DNA from: Calditrichia bacterium
Lineage (GTDB): Bacteria; Calditrichota; Calditrichia; RBG-13-44-9; J075
Direction of reading: 5' to 3'
Assembly: GCA_050633245.1 (NCBI GenBank)
Contig: JBOEGD010000012.1
Location: 8,746-72,745, forward strand
Length of the DNA: 64,000 nucleotides
Shown here: positions 58,601 through 64,000 of the stretch, piece by piece
Layout of the letters: each line of letters begins with the position of its first letter
How positions within the stretch are numbered: position 1 is the first letter of the stretch
Position numbers and translations under genes: made by a program
Notes under the pieces: generated by a model
What the model was told of the DNA's origin: nothing
Database searches by the model: none
What the model saw: the letters and a program-made list of their open reading frames with translations, nothing else

Positions 58601-59735
58601 CCTGACCAACTCCGCTGGATATCTGAGACCATGAGTTACCGCCATCTGTTGATTTTATAGCAAAGCCGTGACCGTATGCAAAATAGCCGGTTGAGGATGT
58701 AGGGAAAACAGGTACTGCACTACCGAAAAATCCCGGCCTTGGTCCTGGTGAAGCGAAAGTTTGACTCCAGGTCGCACCACCATCAATAGACAAATACATG
58801 TTTCCATCTTTATCTGCTCCAACAACGTTTTGTGTATCAAGAACTGTTAGAGCCAATACGCCGGAAGGCATAACGGTGCCGATATCTGTCCAGGTTGCCC
58901 CACCATCTGCTGATCTGAAGACGCGGTTGTCCAAATTAGGAAATGCCCCTGTTCCCCAGGCAAGAACCGTTGTTTCAGAAAGCACGGTGAAGTTTGACTT
59001 TTCATTTGCCGAACCAACATCGATCCATGTTGAACCGCTATTCGTACTACGCATTATTCTATCATCCACAATTGCCAGCAGGGTATTAGCAGACAGGTAA
59101 GTGGCATCCTTTGCATCGCCGGATAGCAGTAGAGAAATTGTGCTGCCGCCGTCAGTTGTCCCGTAAAGGCCACTTGCCGAAACGCCCAGTGCGTTTTGAG
59201 CATCAAAGAAGTCAAACCGGAATATATCATTTGGAGAAGCAGACCAATTCAGACCTCCATCAATACTTACCTGTATGCCGAAGTTACCACTGGCGATTCC
59301 AAAGTCAGGCGTGTAAAACTCCATAAAATAGGTTGAGCCTAAAAATGGAATCTCTGTCCAGGTGGTGCCCCCGTCCAATGTCCGGTAATTATTATTTCCA
59401 TAGGTCCAGCCTCTTTGCGAATCGAGAAAGAATATACCGTTCAGCGGTGAATTCAGGTTGATCGGCACATTTCTCTGTACCCAGGTATCACCTCGGTCTG
59501 TTGATTCAAAGAGTGCACCATTGTTGTCAAAAGGGTCATCATCGGTGGCAAGAAATATTCTATTTTCAGTCGGTGCAGCCATACCGCCTACATCAAGATC
59601 TGTTGGAACAGGACTCTCTGTCGACCATTGCGTGAAACCTGTGGAGTGCAGCAAAAAACACATCAGGAAGGTTAATAAGAATGTTGTTGAGCGATATGTA
59701 TTTTGTATTACTAGTTTTGTTTTGAACGTTTTCAT
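55623..59735 (-). CDS. Giant (1370 aa) mosaic secreted protein: BNR/Ycf48-like propeller(s) plus PKD domain plus FG-GAP/VCBS repeats plus Ig/FN3-like region plus T9SS C-terminal domain
   Basis: Signal peptide. At least 12 'S.DGG.(T/S/N)W' motifs. PKD 'WFWEFGDGTTSTERNPSHTF…YLVRLTVVDDDGDS'. Seven calcium-binding FG-GAP-type loops (DFDLDGDLDIAV, DYDNDGDADLLL, DYDADGDLDILIG …). C-terminus 'FPNYPNPFNPSTTFRFSI…GTYFVRLST…RVLLLK'. Confidence 0.85.
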   Translation of the reverse strand: MKTFKTKLVIQNTYRSTTFLLTFLMCFLLHSTGFTQWSTESPVPTDLDVGGMAAPTENRIFLATDDDPFDNNGALFESTDRGDTWVQRNVPINLNSPLNGIFFLDSQRGWTYGNNNYRTLDGGTTWTEIPFLGSTYFMEFYTPDFGIASGNFGIQVSIDGGLNWSASPNDIFRFDFFDAQNALGVSASGLYGTTDGGSTISLLLSGDAKDATYLSANTLLAIVDDRIMRSTNSGSTWIDVGSANEKSNFTVLSETTVLAWGTGAFPNLDNRVFRSADGGATWTDIGTVMPSGVLALTVLDTQNVVGADKDGNMYLSIDGGATWSQTFASPGPRPGFFGSAVPVFPTSSTGYFAYGHGFAIKSTDGGNSWSQISSGVGQAINDIARFDDGRMIAVGDEGTILTTDGNGKWQLQQSLGFVDIEAVDIISAQEIAIIDNSGQVHISGDGGASWQPLIAKPSGFSGYDLQFSSPSEGWVIGSGPIGGALLQTIDGGATWTGIPGFGGLYVAVDFEGPNGWAVNVGGPLQITNDNGQNWFSGTLPGSPFQVADIDFYDEATGYVVGWGGYAARSNDGGLTWEELPTQTTSVKFSDIYLLGPNEIWLSTLDNLAYYSANGGQNWAVLQIGSEGFGNFSTIVADTAGNAWTGGFQGYIEHFNGPPPPPLNRPPAASFTFNTIGLSVDFTDTSNDPDGTIISWFWEFGDGTTSTERNPSHTFAAANTYLVRLTVVDDDGDSNTTLRAVVAQPGPGGTFGAFTEVTPIDSVFVTPQDEDFWVITTAPADFDLDGDLDIAVLGFYVVYNQSVDYRLLLLQNNGSSTQTQWDFEYISLPFDTLTSGASDMAWGDVDNDNDPDLVVGTNGKTILYRNDAGSMVPTNTLLPGYWEDNGQAEFDLNSISWADYDNDGDADLLLPSVYNNITFLHETKLMRNDGPNGSGGWIFTEETNAALTSAPHAQSFWADYDGDQDLDLLLINIEPLTFDGFIRRYRNDGNGFFTPQDIIDSLTIEHGAANWGDYDADGDLDILIGGNVNDTDGTYKNVLRIYQNDNDVYSPIEIINCIPCEGWFDVNAVTWADYDNDGDVDILLGGTYNSGSQIEGRARIYENNGGVFSQSGTDLPAPRASGTRGGTFSWLDIDGEGDLDYFIAGQYFVPGGNGLVEAQMHLYRNDSPGQNLAPTPPNGLSADVQPDSSVVFTWNAANDDHTPAAALTYELKVSQNGTPISTAYRLPEPGNVGATVNWLIDNLEEGSYVWSIQSVDAAFLGSAVASGSFTIGNPTGIGDETNIPNQFTFFPNYPNPFNPSTTFRFSIPERTIVNLKVYDINGRLVQTLVNQNLNAGEHNYQWNASGVASGTYFVRLSTSQHEQTQRVLLLK

Positions 59736-59781
59736 TTTATCCCCATTTGCAAATACGGTTGGTCTTTTCGTGCTATGATGA

Positions 59782-60999
59782 TTACTTCATTAAAAGCATT
59801 TTACGCATCAATGCGGAGCCATTTTGTTTTAACTCGTAGAAATAAACACCGCTCGGTAAATATTCTGCCTCAAATGTATAGGTGTATTCTCCTGATGGGG
59901 CTGTTGCGACGTTTATAGATTGAACTATCTGTCCAACAGCGTTAAATATATTTAGCTGAACAGGACCCGCTTTTAGAACCCGGTAACGAATTGTAGTGGA
60001 TGGATTAAAGGGATTTGGGTAGTTTTGATCAAGTTCGATTCCTTCAGGGTGGATGGACGTTACATCCTCAATACCGGTTGCGGATTCAAACACATATATC
60101 ACGCCCGCATCTCCGACAGCCCAGCCACGCTCGGGGGAGGCAAAGTGTACTTCGGTAATTTCACCAAAGGCTGTTCCATTGAACTGCAGCGTCCAGTTTA
60201 AGCCGCCATCTGTGGTTTGGTAGATATTATGGCCTTCGCTGGTTGCCCATCCCAGTTCATTATTGATAAAAAACAGGCCGTTAAGATCTTCTACTATTCC
60301 TGTTGAACGTGAGGACCAGGTAGTTCCACCGTTATCGGTAAACAAAAGCGAAGGAGTGCTGCTGCGGCTAATATAGCCAACTTGGCTGTCTAGAAACTGT
60401 ACGTCCTGAATGTCATCGCCGCCCGGTGATTGGCTAACCCAACTGGCTCCGGCATTCTGAGTATGACGCAGAAGAGCTCCGTTACCGACGATCCAGGCGA
60501 GGTCACTTCCGATTGCATCAATGGAGCGGATTCTTGAGCCGCTTCCGGTTACCAAGCTGCTCCAGTTTACTCCGTTGTCCACAGACCGGATTGCCGCGCC
60601 ACCCTCTCCGGCAGCCCAGACAACGTCACCACTGCCCCAGGCAACACCACGAAGCTGCGAGGCCGTAGGGGAGGTCTGCAAGGTCCAGGATTGGCCGCCG
60701 TTTGTGGTTTGAAAGACCGTGCCGCCATCACCTACAACAATCCCGAGATTGGCATCTTTAAATGCTATGCCCTGTAAATCAGCGCCAGTTAATGCCACCG
60801 AATTCCAGTTCATCCCACCATCTGTTGTATGTAGTAACACTCCATTATCTCCGCAGACCCAGGCTTCAGCAGCACTTAGGGCAAACACATCATCAAGGTC
60901 AGCCGTTACGCCACTGTTTTGTGCTGACCAGTTTTGCGCATGTAAACCCATGCTGATTACCAGCAGGAAAAACCAAATTAACTTAGCATTCTTTTTCAT
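59782..60999 (-). CDS. BNR/Ycf48-like repeat propeller protein with T9SS C-terminal domain
   Basis: 'TTDGGMNW, TTNGGQSW, SVDNGVNW, TQNAGASW, TDNGGTTW, TTDGGLNW'. C-terminus 'LDQNYPNPFNPSTTIRYRV…GVYFYELKQ…RKMLLMK'. Start at MKKNAK, preceded by AAGGAG; the longest ORF extends to 61029. Confidence 0.8.
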   Translation of the reverse strand: MKKNAKLIWFFLLVISMGLHAQNWSAQNSGVTADLDDVFALSAAEAWVCGDNGVLLHTTDGGMNWNSVALTGADLQGIAFKDANLGIVVGDGGTVFQTTNGGQSWTLQTSPTASQLRGVAWGSGDVVWAAGEGGAAIRSVDNGVNWSSLVTGSGSRIRSIDAIGSDLAWIVGNGALLRHTQNAGASWVSQSPGGDDIQDVQFLDSQVGYISRSSTPSLLFTDNGGTTWSSRSTGIVEDLNGLFFINNELGWATSEGHNIYQTTDGGLNWTLQFNGTAFGEITEVHFASPERGWAVGDAGVIYVFESATGIEDVTSIHPEGIELDQNYPNPFNPSTTIRYRVLKAGPVQLNIFNAVGQIVQSINVATAPSGEYTYTFEAEYLPSGVYFYELKQNGSALMRKMLLMK

Positions 61000-61038
61000 A
61001 ATCCTCTCCTTTCCATCGCCTTTTGGCAACGGATATTG

Positions 61039-62874
61039 TTAAAAGTGAAACCCGAAACTAAAAAACATTGTTGGAATACCCATCAGTGCCAGCCCACTTA
61101 AGCTGACGCCAACAAGCACCAGCAAAAATGGCACAATCACAGCGGTCTGTATAAACGGGTTTAGCCAGGAAGACCGATGCAGTAAAGGCATAAGAGCAAA
61201 GCCGAAAGCAAGCCCCAGGAAAGATATCTGCATTAGCTTCAGGCAGACGATTCCGAACAAAATACCACAGGCAACCTCGAATAATTGTACCGGCTTTTGA
61301 TCCGGATGACTGCGGTAGAAAAACTCTTTTACACCAGTCCTGAACCGGTCCTTAAATGGAGGTAAAGAGCTTTTCTCAACGTTCTCGGATTTATCGCCGG
61401 TTACCAGGAAAGTTGCCTTACCGGTGAGCATGTAAGACAGTACCCCAACGCTGGATAGGGGGCCCAGCGTGGCATAAACTGCCGTACTGTGGGTGAGGAA
61501 TTTCGCGAGCCTGACTGGTTGCCTATACATATCCAACAAAAAGCACAGTACCGGGGCAAATAGCGTAAGTGTGGTAAGGATAAAAAAGTCCGCTGTTAGC
61601 AAGACATTAAATCCCGGATCCAGCACATAAATTGGCAACACCCATTCACTGCCTGCGAGAGCGATGGTTACATCTTTTTCGATACCAAAATACCAGGGGA
61701 ACAGCAGGTTGGTATTGATCATAAAGAGAAAGTAAAACAGCGTCAGCGGCAGGTTGAGCGTAGGGAAAAGAATATCAAATTTCTCCTGCCAGGTTATGGT
61801 TCTGCTCTTTAAAAGGCGCCCGGATTCATAACGCAGAAATTCACAGGTACCGCGGGTCCATTTCATATGGCGGACGCGAAAGCTTCGTATATCTTCGGGA
61901 AAGTCTTCATAGCAGACCACCTCTTTCGCGAAGTAGCCTCGCCAGCCAAGCTCCCTTGCGCGAATGGCAAAGGCGAGGTCTTCGCTAACAATTTCCGGGA
62001 ATCCGCCCATGGCAGTCCAGCATTCCTTGCGCAACACTGCACCATGTCCCAGAAACATCACAAATCCAAATCTGTTGCGTAATGGCTGATACCAGCGCCA
62101 GTGGATATCAATGCCGATTCCCATAGCTTTGGCAAGCGGCGAATCTGCAGCAGGATTGCATTTATGATTAGCCTGCACGAATCCAATAGAGCTATCGGCT
62201 TCCATATAGGGGACCGTTTTCGAGAGAAAATCCGGTGGTAGAATTTCATCTGCATCTGCTATGGCAAAATAAGGCTCATCTAGTTGTTGCAGAGCATTGT
62301 TGAGGTTTCCGGCTTTAAATCCTTTCCTATCTGTTCGCCGGATTACTCGAACATTTGAATGCCGGGAAGCAAACGCATCTACTTTTTGTTTGTATTCAAC
62401 GGAGCTACTGTCATCAAGTAAGTAAACGGTATAGTTTTTATAGTCCTGCCGAACACAGGATTCCACACTAGCCTCAACAAAGTCATTGCATGTTGTATAT
62501 AAAAGCGCTATCGGTGGTTCAAAAGCATCCTTATTGATTGCTGGCAACGTGGGTTCAGGCGGAAGGAAGTATTTATTGATTAACGCAAAAACAATAACAC
62601 CGATATTAAAAAAGCCATATAGCCATGCAACCAGAACAAATACGATAAAGAACCCTAATATTCCTTGAGCAATCGGGTCACTGCTAATCGACAAAATGCT
62701 GAGCAACCGAGGCATAAACCAGACCATGCTTGCTCCCCACAGAGCAAAGATGAACCAATAGAGTGCACTGGAGGGACTTGCAGCCTGAATAGTAGAACTG
62801 TATGGCTTCTGCGCTGATGAACATCTTTTCTTTTGTTTATTTTCTATTTGAAGGCATAGCGATTCCTGAGTCAT
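61039..62874 (-). CDS. Family-2 glycosyltransferase, membrane-embedded processive polysaccharide synthase type (cellulose/PNAG/glucan-synthase-like)
   Basis: TM helices flank a GT-A domain. 'YLLDDSS' (D,D), 'IADADE' (DxD) and 'FRVRHMKWTRG' (Q/R-x-x-RW-like) motifs. 4-bp gap to the downstream gene. Confidence 0.8.
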   Translation of the reverse strand: MTQESLCLQIENKQKKRCSSAQKPYSSTIQAASPSSALYWFIFALWGASMVWFMPRLLSILSISSDPIAQGILGFFIVFVLVAWLYGFFNIGVIVFALINKYFLPPEPTLPAINKDAFEPPIALLYTTCNDFVEASVESCVRQDYKNYTVYLLDDSSSVEYKQKVDAFASRHSNVRVIRRTDRKGFKAGNLNNALQQLDEPYFAIADADEILPPDFLSKTVPYMEADSSIGFVQANHKCNPAADSPLAKAMGIGIDIHWRWYQPLRNRFGFVMFLGHGAVLRKECWTAMGGFPEIVSEDLAFAIRARELGWRGYFAKEVVCYEDFPEDIRSFRVRHMKWTRGTCEFLRYESGRLLKSRTITWQEKFDILFPTLNLPLTLFYFLFMINTNLLFPWYFGIEKDVTIALAGSEWVLPIYVLDPGFNVLLTADFFILTTLTLFAPVLCFLLDMYRQPVRLAKFLTHSTAVYATLGPLSSVGVLSYMLTGKATFLVTGDKSENVEKSSLPPFKDRFRTGVKEFFYRSHPDQKPVQLFEVACGILFGIVCLKLMQISFLGLAFGFALMPLLHRSSWLNPFIQTAVIVPFLLVLVGVSLSGLALMGIPTMFFSFGFHF

Positions 62875-62877
62875 GAT

Positions 62878-63864
62878 CTAATTCCTTTCCAGACGGAGTT
62901 TGAGACCAACGGAAATAGTCTGATAGTCCAGAAGGGGCGTTGATTCATATCGATATTGAGCATACAGCCAATGCTGATGAAGCAAAAGCAGGTCGGTTTG
63001 TAAGGAGGCACTAAAAATGTCGCCTTCTGCAGCAGGGATTACACTTGTGGTTTGACCATAAACAACCGAACTGCTAAGCCTAAGAAGAGTATGGACATCG
63101 AATGAAGTATTGAGTACTGTCCTCCAGTCGGAATCCCGGCGTTCATTAAAGCTGGAAAAATACATCAGAGGTTCGAGAAACAGCCTAGGGTTCGGAGAAT
63201 ATCCAAAACCGGCATACCCTGCTAAATCTGACTTCCGCTGTGAGGCAGAAGCAGCTATTCCACCAGCTTTGATCGTGAAGCTTTTGCCCAGGAAGAAAAC
63301 TTGCTCAAGACTACCTATCAGCAGTTCCTCGCCTGTAGGGATGTCGACTACTCCCATCTCCAGCTTACTGGTCAGGTGTGGAGTAAAATGATTAGACAAG
63401 CCTAAAAAATAACCCGGAACCACCTCATTAAGTTGTTGGAAAAATAGATTATCAGCACCAAGAGAATTGTCATATCTTGCCCAAAAACGCAGATCCTCAC
63501 CGGGCCAAACTCCCAGCTCAACTGCCCTGAGATCATTAAAGGATTCATTCTTGAATTGGCTGTTACCACCTCGAATATCCAGTTCTAAAATTGGTGAACG
63601 CCTGGTTGTTTGATGCAGATAGTTTTCATACTCTGAATCAGCAGCTCCCTGCCTAGATGCCTCACGAAACATTCTGCGCGCATCGCGGAATTTACCCGTA
63701 GCATGATACGCTCTACCTAACCCAGCAGATGAAGCGGCATCCAGCTCTCCAATAGCTTTTAGTTTCTCAAACCACTTAACAGCTTCGGTAGGTTGATTCT
63801 GCCATAGAGATGACCAAGCCATTCCTTTAATTGCTTCAGGATGATCCGGCGATTTGTTTAACAA
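62878..63864 (-). CDS. TPR-repeat N-terminus plus beta-rich C-terminal domain protein; putative outer-membrane export partner of the GT2 synthase (PgaA/BcsC-like architecture). Possibly N-terminally longer
   Basis: N-terminal TPR-like helices (…AVKWFEKLKAIGELDAASSAGLGRAYHATGKFRDARRMFREAS…). Beta-strand-rich C-terminal 200 aa. The first in-frame start is TTG, and the true N-terminus may lie upstream toward the window edge. Confidence 0.55.
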   Translation of the reverse strand: MLNKSPDHPEAIKGMAWSSLWQNQPTEAVKWFEKLKAIGELDAASSAGLGRAYHATGKFRDARRMFREASRQGAADSEYENYLHQTTRRSPILELDIRGGNSQFKNESFNDLRAVELGVWPGEDLRFWARYDNSLGADNLFFQQLNEVVPGYFLGLSNHFTPHLTSKLEMGVVDIPTGEELLIGSLEQVFFLGKSFTIKAGGIAASASQRKSDLAGYAGFGYSPNPRLFLEPLMYFSSFNERRDSDWRTVLNTSFDVHTLLRLSSSVVYGQTTSVIPAAEGDIFSASLQTDLLLLHQHWLYAQYRYESTPLLDYQTISVGLKLRLERN

Positions 63865-64000
63865 CCTTAAGAACCGATTTTCACCGGCTTCAAAGTCATT
63901 TGCCCAAATCAGATTGTAGCCAAGACCTATGAGCGCGTCGGAGTTGTTTGGATGCGTAACTAAAACGAGCAGAAAATCGGCCTGGGCAGCACTGTAGTTT

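Noticed and set aside
1-64000. Search for tRNA, rRNA, CRISPR arrays and IS elements or transposases
   Set aside because: No T-loop-like GGTTCGAATCC contexts with an acceptor stem were found, no rRNA-like segments, no regularly spaced direct repeats, and no transposase or integrase-like ORFs. T-loop-like strings at 53327 and 38240 lack the rest of a tRNA.

Overview
This 64-kb window looks like ordinary chromosomal DNA (roughly 48-50% GC by eye) from a bacterium that uses Shine-Dalgarno sites (AAGGAGG-type sequences precede several starts) and secretes proteins through the type IX system (T9SS). That profile fits an FCB-group lineage such as Ignavibacteria or Calditrichota, but the lineage call is inference only. 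I can support about 46 protein-coding genes. I found no rRNA, tRNA, CRISPR array, transposase or integrase.

Secreted and surface proteins dominate. Eleven proteins end in the T9SS C-terminal sorting domain (the '(Q/E)NYPNPFNPSTTI ... G.Y.Y.L ... KM.LL(K/R)' signature). They include:
- four paralogous BNR/Ycf48-like 'S.DGG.TW' propeller proteins
- a 1370-aa mosaic protein combining BNR, PKD and FG-GAP modules
- a protein with about eight tandem choice-of-anchor-D-like modules
- a CocE/NonD hydrolase
- two tandemly duplicated di-haem cytochrome c peroxidases

Other recognisable content:
- a 7TMR-DISM/LytS-type histidine kinase overlapping a LytTR response regulator
- an AraC regulator beside a three-gene NmrA/DUF4345/DUF1772 module
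- a lipase and a DPP-IV (S9B) peptidase
- an NAD-linked formate dehydrogenase (NuoE-NuoF fusion plus alpha subunit)
- a sodium:solute (SSF) transporter, a TonB-dependent receptor and a Gfo/Idh/MocA oxidoreductase
- an alginate-export-like porin
- a membrane-anchored AraC regulator beside a Tat-exported FAD amine oxidase
- a block of hypothetical exported proteins at 47.5-53.3 kb
- a GT2 polysaccharide synthase with a TPR/beta-rich partner at the right edge

The most defensible discovery is that the formate dehydrogenase alpha subunit is one continuous selenoprotein gene. The ORF track splits it at an in-frame TGA (30885-30887) that sits exactly at the catalytic Sec/Cys position, and a SECIS-like hairpin with a GGUCU apical loop follows it.

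Other second-look items:
- the surface-exported tandem peroxidase paralogs
- a conserved ~38-nt motif present twice in direct orientation around a TolB-like gene
- a pair of GGTTATCC-N4-GGATAACC hairpins
- an ORF-poor 630-bp convergent spacer containing a strongly SD-driven 27-codon ORF
- bidirectional intrinsic terminators

I could not identify a clear canonical defence, mobile or toxin system from sequence alone. The candidates for an undescribed system are flagged with modest scores.
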